Positions 1 through 12,517 of a DNA stretch of 64,000 nt are shown here, piece after piece. How positions within the stretch are numbered: position 1 is the first letter of the stretch; each line of letters starts with the position of its first letter. Made by a program: the position numbers and the translations under genes. The stretch covers positions 1,054,001 to 1,118,000 of the forward strand of contig NW_027117350.1 in assembly GCF_038025025.1 (NCBI RefSeq), read 5' to 3'. Source of the stretch: Phyllosticta citribraziliensis. Taxonomy: Eukaryota. Under the pieces are notes generated by a model. That model saw only the letters and a program-made list of their open reading frames with translations. It ran no database searches and was not told the origin of the DNA.

Positions 1-108
1 TTCCTTGTTTAATCTCCTCTTTAGAAGGGAGAGAGCGAGAGTAAGAAAGAGAGGGAGATGTACTAAATAACATCAAATATTGACCACATCACTTGAATAA
101 TAAACAGG

Positions 109-254
109 CAGTGTATGTCGAAATGAATGCCACTCCCCAGTTCTAGCTGTAGCACTGAATAAACAATCCTTAAGCGTAGCTATAGCAGCACACGAATGCT
201 CCCCAGACGCACTTATATTTCTAGGAAGTCTCTTCTTTTCCGGCGCCCACCGTG
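109..254 (-). mobile_element. MITE-like element copy 1 (both TIRs degenerate; 33-bp periodic interior)
   Basis: Left end CAGTGTATGTCGAAATGA (109). Right end reverse complement CACGGTGGGCGCCGGAAAAGAAGAGAC (254-228). CTCCC/ATCCT repeat cores at ~133, 166 and 199. Aligns by eye with 10647-10785 and 12287-12490. Confidence 0.6.
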
Positions 255-1323
255 CAGGGAGAAAGAAGTGGTGATAGTAATAGATGGTGAAAAACATTGC
301 GTTTGTTAATTCCCTATTTCCTTTTCCTTTTCCTTTGCTCCTAGAAAGAGAGAGAAGATTCGTGTGAGAGAGGTGCACCATACCACTCAATCATCAAAAC
401 CACCCATCATCCATGCCCTGCCCATGCGCACATATCGCCGCCGTTGCTCTGCACACACTACACTACACCACTGCGACTAGACTCTTCCTACCCTAAGCTA
501 CACGCATAGTCTCCCTTTTTTTTAAGAGTAGAAGCAGAACAGCAGCGGCCAAAGTAGCTGCTGGTGCCAAACACGCAGCACGCGGCAGCACCCAAGCACC
601 AATTTATCCAAGAACAAAAACCATTCATTGCTCATTGTTCATCCTATGGAGGGGTATCGTATCGTGTACTACTTACTATACGCACGCACACATGCGTATA
701 TATAGTATATAGAGTGTGCCAACTCAACTCACCACATCCCCACGCGCGTGCACGCTCGAAGACAGACAGGCAGATAGACAAAAAGACAAGCTACACTTCA
801 GCAGTAGCGGCAAAGGCAAGAATTTCTTTCTTCTCCCGTAAATGTAAGCATGAACGCAAAGGACGAGAAAGAAGAAGAACCAGAAGCCGCGCAGACAGCC
901 GCCCGTCGTTTGGTATGTTGCGAAAGCGAAAAAGAGGTGTGCCTCCCAGAGCAAGGAAAGGAAAGGAAAGATTTCAGCGCGTCCGCCGCTGGGACGGGGC
1001 CGGTTGCCGTTGCAAAGAACGAGCAAAGGACAGAAGCCGCTCAAGCAGAAAAAAGAGTTCCCCCGTTGACGACGACGAGGATGTCGTCATCGTCGACTTG
1101 AAGCAGCTCCATCCATGACCATTCTTGGTTTGGATAACACAACTAGCTCACAGGCCAAAAAAACATGTAGAACCACCAAGAGAGACAACCAAACCCACAC
1201 GCAAGACGCAAGCAAACAAGCACAAGCGACATGCAGTAGCCCTCCCGCCACGGCACTGGGGGTATCTATCCAGCCAGCCACGCACCTCCGCTCCCGTCCA
1301 CGACGAAGAGAGCCTCGAGAGCG

Positions 1324-4300
1324 CTAATTCATGCCTTCCATCGGATTATTCAGCAGCACGTCGAGCAAATCGTAGCCACCGACATCCGGGCCATACGCGT
1401 TGCTCCCGACGTCGCTGCCAAAATTGTTCGACAGGATGGGGTCGAGCGGGATGGCGAGCCAGTCCGACGCGCCGCCGCCGCCGTAGCCACCACCGCCAGG
1501 CCCGCCGTTGTAGCCGCCGTTGTCGCCTGCAACGCCTCCGGGCCCGCCGCTGCCGTACTGGTTTGCGGCGGGGTTGTTGGGGTCGTTGGGGAGGTGGTTC
1601 TGGTACGGCGAGCCGAAGCCGGGCGGCGGCATGATGGAGAAGTTGTTGGAGCCCGGGTCGTATGTCTCGGTCGAGATGCCCCACAGCGGATTGCCGTTGC
1701 CGTTAGTGGTGGACGTGGTGCCGGACGGCGAGGCGGGCCGGCTGAGCCCGCTGCTAGCGTTGCTGGCCGTGCTGTACCAGGGCTGAGTGGGGTTGTTGGT
1801 TGCGGGATAGGACGAGTGGTTTGGAGGAGGCATTGACGAAGGGGCTGCGCTTTGTGATGTGTTGCCATGGAGCTTGGGATCTTGGTTGGACGGGATGCCA
1901 GCTGTCGAGAGCCGTGGGCTATGGCTTCCAGCGCGGCTGGCCTGGACAGAGCCCTTTCCGGAACCGGAGCCGGCCATGCGGACCAGACGTGTCTTGATTT
2001 GTGTTATGAGAGTGATGAGCATGTCGGCGAACCTGTTGCCAACGTGAACGTCGTCGACGATGCAGTTGCGGAGGGCCGAGACGGCTTCTTCCATCAGACC
2101 GAGGGAGAGAGCAACGTCGTCTTCGCTGGCGCCGAGGGCAAAGGTTTTGAGCAGGATGATGGTGACGGAAATGATGCGGAAAAACGTTCGGACTGGAGCA
2201 TGCTTGAGGTAGCCACCAGGCTCTAAGCCCTTGACAACAATTGTGAGGACGTTTCGGCACCCGTCGATTACTTCACGAATAAAGAATCTGTCGTTGCCAT
2301 ACCACCTCATCAATAGATGCGGAGGAATTGCCCCAGGTCCCGCCGGCACAGAGGTTCTGTTTCCATTGGATGCAGCAGCAGCCTGCGTGTTTTTGATGCA
2401 TCGCTCTACAACCGCCTGCAGTGCCAACGAATTGAGATAGACCCGCGTATATTCATACTCGATGGTCAAAATGTCGCACATGAGCTTTGGTACTGCAACT
2501 TGTCAGAAATCATTGGGACACAAAAAGGGTCATGCATACTCGTGTTGCGATATCTGTCCAAGCGTAATCTGAATTCCCGCAGGAGCGGCTGGAACTCTGC
2601 CAGCAGCTTCTTGTACTCTTCTGTGCGAATGAGGTCTCTGGTGTTGCGTCGATTTGCAAACATCTCCTGGTTTCCACGTTCCATGATGACAGCGATCTCC
2701 ATCCAGAAGTAGAGCACCATCTCTTGACTGTTGATCCGCCGTTCAGTGCCAGGTGAGCTGCCAGCCTGTTCTCGGATAATCTTGCCAGTCCTCTTGAGCA
2801 TCGCGAACCGTTCCTGCAAGCGTTCGTCGTTGCTCTTGAGGAAAGACTTGTCGCGCTGGGACCGCGGTAGCATGGATGTGAGTCCGACCCTGCCGCTCGT
2901 CTGAGTGATGTAGATGAGGAGGAGCTCTCTCAAATGGTTCTTGCGGCGAAAGTAGGCTTCAACTTTGGCGGGAGGCAGATGCTGGTTTTCTTCATGGAAT
3001 TCTTGCTCGCTCTTCTCATCAAAGACACCGATCTCGTACGCCAATGCCATGGCATTGCCTAGCAGCATCCAACACATGCGGTCACTTCTCCAACATGGCT
3101 CGAGCCAACTGTCAATCCTCTGGCCGCCGGTGCCCATGTACTGGTTGGTAGCCTCGGCAAAGGAGCCTTTCGAGATGAAGGCTGCAGTCGCTTCGTCTGG
3201 CGCCATGAGCTCGTCGTCATCATCACCAGGAGGAAAATGCAAGGCCCGCGGGTGCCATTCGGTCAGCAGCATCAGACTCTCGACAGTCCCAAGCGTACGA
3301 AGGCCTCTCCGAGTCAACGGATTCACATCACAGCCCTGCTCGGCCCCGGCGCCGCAGAACCCACCTCCAAATTGTTCTTGGCCCCATATCATTCGATCAA
3401 TCATTCCCTGGAGATAGTTCCAAAGTTTCTCGTGAATGGCATAGGGGCGGGAGCTTGAGCCAGGTCCAGTCAAGCTCATGTAGCGCGATGCCACTGTCAA
3501 GAGAGTGACAACGAGCATCGACTCCTCGGTTAACAAAGTAGCGTGCGAGTCGTATCGCTCAAAGTTTGGCACTACTATCGGCGTCAACGGAGAGAGATAA
3601 CGGTAAAAGTAGTCCAGATACGCGATGCCCTCTTTGGCGGTGAACCAGCCAGCGCGCACAAAGCGAAATCTCGACCACGCCTTGAGCGCAGATTGGTAGC
3701 CCGCGTCGTCGTGAACGTCCCCGTTTGCTTGGCCATGCGACGATATTGCCGGGTCTATTGGATTGTCGGTCGGGGTGTGCGAGGTTCCAGGGCTCGGATA
3801 CGTGTGACTGCCAGATACAGCGGGACTGGTGAGATTTGGCTGAGACCCTGGCGTGTTGGCGCCAATCGACGTGCTCAGGTTCCGCTGGTTGCTGTTTGTC
3901 CTTAGATGGTCCATGTCCCCCGTCTTGCCGGCAGCCTCAAAGAGCAGGTTGAGGGCGTCGTGGCCGCTAAAAACTTCTTTTGATTGTAGTATCGCCGTCG
4001 TCTCATTGTTGACCTTGTGTTGGTCCTCCTGCGGGGAAGCGTTGGAAGCCGTGGGCCGTCGCAAAGGCTGGAATCGGCCGACGGAGCCTCCTGGAGTCAA
4101 CGGACGGGCGGTGCTTGACGGATCGGCGTAGGGTGGAGGAGAAGTCGCGTCGATTGTTGGAAAGCCCTGTCGGCGGGGGGTCTCGGAGTCATCTCTCAGC
4201 CTCTTGCGGCCGCTGCGGACCTCGAAGTCGGAGCCGGCGTCGTCATCCAGGCCATCGCCGCCATCCTGGGGCTTGCGCTTCCTCCTGGTCGCGGAGAAGA

Positions 4301-4502
4301 AGCATTCTTTGCTCTCGCGGCGGCAGCGGACGCAGGGCGGATCGTGAGGGTTGTCGACGGGACCCAGGTCACAGCGGACCTTGCGGCGGCGGCACGGGAT
4401 GCATGCTTGGTAGGTGCGGGTGTGTTGCTGTTGCTGCTGCGACGAGACAGACGGCTTGGGCGACGCGGACGACTCTGGGGGCAGCGAGGTTGAAGATGGC
4501 AT
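1324..4502 (-). CDS. ARO80: Zn(II)2Cys6 transcription factor, ARO80-like
   Basis: CIPCRRRKVRCDLGPVDNPHDPPCVRCRRESKEC binuclear cluster followed by a fungal TF middle region (LLTEWHPRALHFPP). Two ORFs are joined by a 47-nt GT-AG intron at 2493-2539. ATG taken at 4502; the frame stays open upstream to ~4718. Confidence 0.8.
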
Positions 4503-4961
4503 TATATTGGGTTCCGGTTGGCGGCGAATGGTGTTCTCGGGTAGCGGCGGGTGAAGGGTTGAACTCTTGACGGGGGCGTGCGTGCCGAGTGTCGGTGATG
4601 TCGCTGAGTTGGGGCTCTCTGCCGCAATCTCGACATTACTGTCTCGCTGCCGTGCCTCGTGGTGGTGGCGGACAGGGACCTTTTCTTTTGCGCAATGCTG
4701 CAGCTTGTCAACTGTCACGAGGACGCCGTTTCATGCACGTGGTGAACTTGGGCGATGCGTCTATTGAGGCTTGTCCCTTTCCATCCTCCAAACACCTGCC
4801 CGCCCAATCGCCGTCCGCCGTCTACCGGTGACATGCCTGCACTACCAGCTATCCAGCTTATGGCTGTTGCGCTTAATGCGACCTCTCCCATACCGCTCCG
4901 AGAGACTATCGAGAATCACTTGCTTCTTCCCCACCTCGGTCTCCATGAGCGCATTCTTCCG

Positions 4962-5708
4962 CTACTGCGTTTTCCATTCCTCGAACTCTTCGCCGAGGTG
5001 CGCCTTTAACTTTTCGAAGCTTCTTCCAAAATTCCTATTGCACCTCCAGCACAAAAAGTCCCGGTTCATGTATCCCTCCCTGCCCGGATGCCTCCGGGCA
5101 TCGTCTTCGGCCAGCGGAAAGGCGTCCAGGGGCACCAGAAACGGTGTGGAGAAGCTGTTGTAGTGCTTGCGATGCTTTAGGCACGGCGATTGACGATCCG
5201 GCGAGAGGACATGTATGTGTAGGTTGGCCATGGAAGGGTGTGCATGTATCCCCGCGAGCAATCCCTCTGTCCAGTCCCTGCCTGGAGGCAAGTCTTCCGG
5301 CCTGGGAGGATCATCCGAGTCCATGGCCTCGTTGCGTGCCTGGTCTTGCTTTGACGATTGACCAAGTCTTCTCCGAAGCTCGCTAGCAACCAGTTGCTTT
5401 ACTTTCTCGAGCTCAGTCTTGCACTTTTGAAGAAATTCCCGGTCCTCAAAGGCCTCGAATGGATGCAGAAGCGTCTTGTCAGAGTCTCGCGGTAAGATCA
5501 GACAATGTATAATCGATTTGGGAAATAGGTCATTGATGACAACAAAGTCATCATTCCAGTAGAGGACTCGCTCCTTGCCAAATTGCTCCGGGTGGGCAAT
5601 GTATGCGCCCAGTCCGAAAGCGCCTGGAAAGACCTTGGTGCCCACGTTGGTCGATTTCCGGCTCTTCTTGTCCTGTGGAGACGCCTTCTTTGCCTGCTTT
5701 CGTGACAT
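4962..5708 (-). CDS. HNT3: Aprataxin-like HIT hydrolase with C-terminal zinc finger
   Basis: DLFPKSIIHCLILPR, the HIT motif HAHPSMANLHIHV, KHYNSFST and a CWRC...H zinc finger; single 248-aa ORF. Confidence 0.9.
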   Translation of the reverse strand: MSRKQAKKASPQDKKSRKSTNVGTKVFPGAFGLGAYIAHPEQFGKERVLYWNDDFVVINDLFPKSIIHCLILPRDSDKTLLHPFEAFEDREFLQKCKTELEKVKQLVASELRRRLGQSSKQDQARNEAMDSDDPPRPEDLPPGRDWTEGLLAGIHAHPSMANLHIHVLSPDRQSPCLKHRKHYNSFSTPFLVPLDAFPLAEDDARRHPGREGYMNRDFLCWRCNRNFGRSFEKLKAHLGEEFEEWKTQ

Positions 5709-5770
5709 GAGTTCTGTGACTGCTCAGTTTAGCATTGGTCTCGTACTTCTCTGCTAGTCATGTCACGCAC

Positions 5771-5776
5771 ACGCGT
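5771..5776. promoter_or_regulatory. MCB-like element (ACGCGT) in HNT3/helicase divergent promoter
   Basis: Exact ACGCGT about 60 bp upstream of the HNT3 ATG. A hexamer can occur by chance. Confidence 0.3.
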
Positions 5777-6149
5777 TTGGACGCTTCTCACCTGAGGAAC
5801 TTGGGGCCGGGACCACAGTCTCGCCGGCAATCTCCTCAGCGGTGATGGCATCTTGATCGTGTTCGGCAGGCTCACTCATGATCAAAGTAGGGTGAAGCGA
5901 GGTACCCGTTCGCCCGTGAATCAGGGAAGATGGGGAAGACGTGTCGTGACAAGGAACGGCAGAGGCTCAAAAGCAAAGACCAGTGGCAGACGTCACTGCC
6001 CGGCGGGGGAGCTTATTTCAGCCCTACGGCTCGGTAGACTTTGCTAAGTTCTGGCCGCCCCTCTGCGCCGACAAAAGCCCAACGCGCCAACAACATGTCT
6101 CGACCACATTTCTACTCCACTCTTGCTCGCCGCTCGAGACGCTTAGAGG

Positions 6150-9100
6150 ATGCCCAAGAATCCTCATCCGCCGCGCGGTGGAGGCGGCTCCAAGAAATCT
6201 GCGCCCCCGCCCCCCGGTGAAGACACCAGCTACATTGTCTTTTCAAACTCCAAGGGTGACCCCAAGAAGAGCAAAAAGGCCGATAGCTCTACAAAGAACG
6301 AGACCGATGCCAAAGCAAAGACCAAGGGCAAGGCTCCTGCAGAGCAACAGGATGCGGACGCCCCAAAGAAGCCGGACACGCGCACCATAATCGGCGGCGC
6401 ATCATGGACCGGAAAGCTCCCCGTCAACATGCTCTCAGAGCACTGCCAGAAGCAGAAATGGCACAAACCCGAGTACACCATGGTATTGAATCTCTGAATC
6501 GAACCCATCTGTCGATACTAATGCGCGGCGCAGCACAAGGTCAAAGACGGCTGGGTGAGCCACGTCATCCTAAAATACACAAACCCCAAGACGCGCGAGA
6601 CCATTGCGCCGCCTCCATTTCGACTTCCACGGGAGCACGAAACTCTGGGTGCCCAGTCCACTGCCCTCGAAGCGCGACACTTCGCCGCCGCCTATACCCT
6701 GTTTCGAGTCGCAAACATGAAGAACTACCACATGATGATGCCACCAACATACCGCGACCTCTGGAAAGGTCCCTTTTCCGACATGAAAAAAGAAGACGTC
6801 CGGGCAGGGCAAGCGTGGATGTACGAGGCGGATCCCTTCACGGCTTTCAAAGCAAGAGAACAGTCGAAAGCGGCAGCAGACAAAAGGCGGGAGGACACTG
6901 TCAAGCAAAAGGAAAAGGAAAAGAGCAACCCTCATGCGCCCGGGCTTGATGGTGGCAACAAGATGAGGGGTTGGTCGAAAGCCCCCAAGGTTGATCTAGG
7001 CAAAAGAATACGCGTGGATCTTGAAAACCTGATCCGTAGAGAAACCGTATGGAATCCCAACGACGTCGTCATCCCTCCTGGTCAACGCAAAAAGATTGTC
7101 GACCAAGTTTCGAGGCTTGGCTTCCGGCCAAGCCATGTCGAAGAAGCTGCGGAAATTTGCAAGGACCAGGAAGAAATTATTGAGTGGCTGCTCATCCACG
7201 TGCCCGAGGACGATCTGCCCCCGTGGGCTCTCCCCGAGGGCTACACTGCTGGCGTTAGTATGGCCAGCAGCAACTTGAAGCGTGAAGCTGCGGTGAAGCG
7301 TCTCGCTGCCACGGGCTATTCGGTCGAGCTTTGTGAGCAGATCTTGGATGACCTCAATGGCGACGAGGCCAAGGCTGCATGTTCTTTGCAGGCCCGACTC
7401 CTTGGTGACGACCAAATTACAGAGCAGTTGGCTAATGTCAGTATCGGCGGAGCTGAGCAAGATGAAAACGCGGAGGACCCGTGGGCCGAGGAGCAAGTCA
7501 TTCTTTCGTCCATTTACGACGACAGATACTCTTCAGACACTCCCGACGCTTGTCAGATTCGCCTCGAGGTTGCTGGAAACAGCAAGATTCCATTTACCCT
7601 GATCGCAAGGAAACCTCTCGGACAATATCCAAATGTTCTCCCCATCCTCTCTATTCACGCCAAGGCGCCGGCATACATTCGACTGAGCATTCTTAAGCAG
7701 GCATTGACCCACGCCAACGACAGCTTTCTTGGGGAACAGATGATTTTTAACATTGTTGACTGGCTGGAACACGAGATACCCGGTGTCATGGAAAAGCCTG
7801 GTCGACTGTCCGATGTTTCTTCCGCCATTTCTGCTGCTGACAGCAACGTGCGTGTGAACGGGAACACGGAGAAAAAGAGAAGACACAGACAGCCAAGGCC
7901 TGTAAATTTGAGACCAGGCAGTCCAGCTAGCATGCGCTTGTTGGAGCAATGGCGATTGAAGCAACAAAAACCTGAGCAGCAACGCATGCTTCGCGTTAGG
8001 GAGAACCTCCCGGCGTGGAATTTGCAGGATGCTATCATCGAAGCCGTCGACTCGCATCAGGTCGTCATTGTCTCTGGTGAGACGGGCAGCGGCAAATCTA
8101 CGCAATCGGTCCAATTTGTCCTCGATGATTTCATTCAACGCCAGCTCGGCGAAGCCGTCAACATTGTCTGCACGCAGCCTCGCAGAATCTCCGCATTAGG
8201 GTTGGCAGATCGAGTCTCTGACGAGCGTTGCGGCGCCGTGGGAGACGAAGTCGGTTACTCAATCCGTGGCGAGTCGAGGCAAAAGCCAGGGATCACAAAG
8301 CTTACGTTCATGACGACTGGTGTTCTTTTGCGCCGACTACAGACTTCTGGCGGTAGCCCGGACGATGTCGTGGCTTCATTGGCTGATGTCACGCACGTTG
8401 TTGTCGACGAGGTCCACGAGCGGAGTTTGGACACCGACTTCCTTTTGGTGCTGCTGCGGGATGTACTCAAGAAGCGCAAGGACCTTAAGGTCATCCTGAT
8501 GAGTGCAACGCTCGATGCCGACTTTTTTGCCTCTTACTTTGAGCCTGCAGTGGGCAAGGTCGCCACCGTCGAAATTGCAGGGCGGACTCATCCAGTAAAG
8601 GACCTTTATGTTGACGACATTGTGCGCATGACTGGATTCAATGGTGCCTACGAAGACGACGAGCAAGACGACAATGCTCAAACAAGCATTGGCAGCACGC
8701 TCAGAAACATGGGCATGCGCATCAATTATGACTTGATTGCGCGAACAGTTCAACACATTGACGCTGAACTGGGCTCGCAAGATGGCGCCATTCTCATCTT
8801 CTTGCCAGGCACCATGGAAATTGACCGAACCATTCAGGTATGTACAACTGCATGTCTTGGGCGCAACTGCTAATGTTTGATAGGCCCTTCGTTCCATGCC
8901 AAACATCCATGCGCTACCTCTGCATGCCTCCCTTCTCCCTGTCGAACAGCGGCGGGTGTTCCCACCCGCGCCAAAGGGCAAGAGAAAGGTCATTGCTTCA
9001 ACAAACGTTGCCGAGACCTCCATCACCATAGAAGACGTGGTGGCTGTCATTGACACTGGCCGCGTCAAGGAGACCAGCTTTGACAGCACCAACAACATGG

Positions 9101-10488
9101 TCAAGCTTGCTGAGGTGTGGGCCTCGCGTGCCGCATGCAAGCAGCGCCGAGGTCGCGCGGGACGTGTGCGGGCCGGCATATGCTACAAGCTCTTCACTCG
9201 CAACATGGAAGACAAGATGATGGAGAGACCAGACCCGGAAATCCGTCGCGTTCCTCTTGAGCAACTGTGTCTGTCTGTCAAGGCCATGGGCATCAAAGAC
9301 GTGGCCAACTTCCTGGCTGGCGCCATCACACCTCCTGATAGCACTGCTGTCACGGGAGCCCTCAAGCTTCTTGGCCGCATGGGTGCCATTGACGGGGAGG
9401 AAATGACGGCCTTGGGACGGCACTTATCAGTCATTCCGGCCGACCTTCGCTGCGCCAAACTCATGATTCTCGGTGCCACTTTTGGCTGCCTAGAGTCATG
9501 TCTCACTATCGCATCCATTCTGACTGTCCGCAGCCCATTCGTCTCTCCACAAGCCAAGCGCGAAGAGTCCAAGGCAGCCCGTTCTTCGTTTGGCAAAGGG
9601 CAGGGCGATCTCATTGCTGACCTGCACGCCTACGAGGCTTGGTCTGGGCTGCGCGAAAAGGGCCTCTCTCCGCGCGAGCTCCGTGCTTGGTGTGAAGACA
9701 GTTTCTTGTCGACGCAAACGCTTAACGACATATCATCGAACCGTCGCCAATACCTGTCCTCGCTCCAAGAGACGGGCTTCATATCCCTGACTTACTCTCG
9801 TCCTTCTTCGTCTTCTAACCCGGCCGCAGCTGCGAGCGCCAATGCGTCGCTTAATCGTAACAATACGTCGGACGCGCTGCTGCGCGCCCTGATTGCGGGC
9901 GCCTTCCAGCCGCAGCTTGCTCGCATCGCCTTCCCTGATACCAAGTACGCGGCATCCGTATCGGGCGCCGTCGCACTCGACCCGGACGCGCGCACCATCA
10001 AGTACTTTACCGAAGTGCCGAACGCAGCGCCGTCGGAGCAACCAGGAGCTCAGCCTCCAGCGGGAGACTCGTCCACAGGGACGGGGGGCAGCAGCTCAGG
10101 TCCGCAGCCCCAAACCCGCGTCTTCACGCACCCGGGCAGCACGCTGTTTGGCGCGCAGACGTTCCCCAGCGGCACAAACTTCCTGTCGTACTTCCAGTCG
10201 CTGTCGACGTCCAAGCACTTCATTGCGTCGCTGACGCCGGCGTCGACGTTTGCGGTGCTGCTGTTTGGCGGCCCGCTCGACATCGACACGCAGGGCCGCG
10301 GCGTGCTCGTCGACGGGTGGATCAGAGTGCGCGGGTGGGCGCGGTTGGGCGTGCTGATTGCGCGGTTGAGGGGCTGCTTGGACATGGTGCTGAGGAGGAC
10401 GTTTGACGAGCCTGGGAGCGAGGTTGCGGAGAGTACTGTTGTGGGATTGGTGAGACGGGTGGTGGAAGGGGAGGGGATGGATCGGTAG
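6150..10488 (+). CDS. DEAH-box RNA helicase with UBA-like/RWD N-terminus (yeast YLR419W / DHX57-like)
   Basis: GETGSGKST, TQPRRISA, DEVHER, MSAT, STNVAETSITI and QRRGRAGR motifs plus HA2 region. Introns at 6483-6533 and 8838-8883 restore the frame. Confidence 0.9.
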
Positions 10489-10646
10489 GGGAGGATGGGG
10501 TGTTGGAGAGGATTGTGCAGTTGGATTGGCCTGTTGGGTTTGCGAGAGCCTCTGGTGGTCTCTACGCAACCGATTCTTGGACGAAGTTTGCATGGCCCTC
10601 ATCAAATGTCAACACCTGATCAGTGCTTGAGAATGTGTGTAGGTAC

Positions 10647-10785
10647 CACAGTGGGTGTCGAAAGAAGTCAGAAGCTAGCCCTCCTGGCAGTGTAAGTGCG
10701 TCTAGGGAGTGTTCGTTCGCTCCTATGGTTACCCTCGAGGAGCGTTCATTCGCTGCTGCGCCTGCGCCTAAGGAGCATTCATGTA
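10647..10785 (+). mobile_element. MITE-like element copy 2 (5' TIR plus ~2.5 units of the 33-bp repeat; far end not found)
   Basis: Starts CACAGTGGGTGTCGAAAG. Repeat units start at 10703, 10736 and 10769 (TAGGGAG/CGAGGAG/TAAGGAG...TTCATTCG). Confidence 0.6.
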
Positions 10786-11286
10786 GGAGTACCATTGAAC
10801 CAGAATTCGGTTGGCTGACAAACAGCGACCCGAGTACGAAAGAAGCTAGGAGTAACCAGCAGAGGAACTCGGGCTACTGCGCCTTGCCTTAGCTGTGGCG
10901 GCAGTCGACGCCGTCTGGGCATGCAGCATCAACTGAACCGGAGAACAGCAGCAATTCGCCTCAACATCAACATGTCGAGCGTCACGCAGTGGCTGTGATG
11001 CGACCGCAGCAGGCGATGATGCAAAGCAGCGTGCATTTCTCGGAGTTGAGGCAGCTGGAGTGAACGGGGCTGAGTTCTCTCTGGCGGAGGTCAGCTGCCG
11101 CCTGGGGCCTAAGCCTCACTGGCGTCTTCGTCAGCATTTCACTGTCCTTGGGCTGCACATATATGAAACCATATTTCGCCGCCTTGTCTTGCCTCCGCAC
11201 TCCGTCCAAACATCCCTCTCCTCTTCCACCTACCAATTCTCACCTTCGCAACCGACTCGTCTCCAAACCAATTCCACACTCTCGAC

Positions 11287-12014
11287 ATGTCTGACCCGTA
11301 CAACCAATACTCATACGGCTCGCCCGCCCAGGGCTCTGGATACCCGCCACCCGCAGGTTACCCCGCTCAAGGAGGGAGCCCGTACCCTCAGCAAGGCGGC
11401 TACGCATCGCCGCAGCACCAGCAGTCGTGGGGCCAGCAGCAGCCGCAGGGCTACGACTACAACGGCCAGTACCAGCAGCAGCAGTCCTACGGTAGCTACG
11501 GACCACCGGCCCACGGCGGCTACCAGAACGGCCAGCAGGCGCCCGCGCAGTGGGGCCAGCCGGCGCAAACGTAAGCACCCACATTCTCGCCAGCAATTGT
11601 TGATAGAGCCGCAACGCTGACGATTCCCCCTCCAGTGGCTACTCCGACCCCAACACCCAAGTCTACCAGCCGCAGCCCTCGCACCAGTTCCCGCAGCAAG
11701 GCGCGTACAACAGCGCGCCGTACCCATCCGACCCGAACGCGCCGCCGGCGCAAGCCTACGGCCAGCAGCCGGGCCAGTACGGCGCGACGGACCCCAACCA
11801 CGCGCAGGAGGGCGACCGCGGCCTGCTCGGCGCCGTCGGCGGCGGCATCGCCGGCCATATGGGTGGCAAGAAGTACGGCCACGGGCTCATCGGCACCGTC
11901 GTCGGCGCCGTCGCGGGCAGCAAGCTGGAGGACAAGTTCAAGGGCAAGAACGGCAAGCATGGGCACCATGGTGGCCACCAGCAGGGCGGCCACGTCAGTG
12001 GCAAGTTTTGGTGA
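11287..12014 (+). CDS. Q/Y/G/P-rich low-complexity protein with C-terminal glycine-zipper (2TM-like) motif
   Basis: Exon 1 is MSDPYNQYSYGSP.... Intron 11571-11635. Exon 2 encodes EGDRGLLGAVGGGIAGHMGGKKYGHGLIGTVVGAVAGSKLEDK and stops at TGA 12012-12014. Confidence 0.8.
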
Positions 12015-12286
12015 TTGCCCTGGGTTGGCAGTGGCTGTGGTCGTTTGATGTGACGATGCGGTTGATGGACGTTGATTTTTTCCTTTGTTTGGGGTCGACC
12101 TTTCTTTGGGTTCTTGAGGGCTGTGTATAGATACCCGGACTTTGGCTCATGGGTTCGGCGTCCTGGAAGCATTGCTATGGGTCTGGTCTGGTTTGGGTTG
12201 GGCTGGGCTGTAATTTGTAAATTGTATTGAGTCTGACCAAAAGCCACCTCTATTCCTATCCTCGCAACATCTGGCATCACTGCTGC

Positions 12287-12490
12287 CACAGTGGGTGTAG
12301 AAAGAAATGAGACTCCCTCGTCTAGATGCAGCAGTGAACGGTTGCTCCCTAAGTGTGGGTGTAGTAGTGAATGGATGCTCCCTAAGCGTGACTGTAATAG
12401 CAGCTTATAGCTCCTAAATTGTAGCTGTAGTAGTGAATGAATGCTCCCTAAGCGCATCCATACTGCCAGGACGTCTCATTTCGACACCCA
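12287..12490 (-). mobile_element. MITE-like element copy 3 (both TIRs, four 33-bp units, RIP-like mutations)
   Basis: Left end CACAGTGGGTGTAGAAAGAAATGAGAC. Right end GTCTCATTTCGACACCCA (12473-12490) is its reverse complement apart from a 4-nt indel and a mismatch. CTCC(C)TAA cores at 12345, 12378, 12411 and 12444. Confidence 0.7.
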
Positions 12491-12517
12491 TCCACTTGTA
12501 TGGCTGTGTCGAGCAGG

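Noticed and set aside
564..1320. Basic ORFs downstream of ARO80
   Set aside because: Low-complexity purine-rich sequence, consistent with the antisense of a long 3' UTR.
11756..12457. ORF containing LGSIHSLL repeats (also ORF 15056-15439)
   Set aside because: A by-product of the 33-bp (11-codon) repeat running antisense into a real gene; no other coding evidence.
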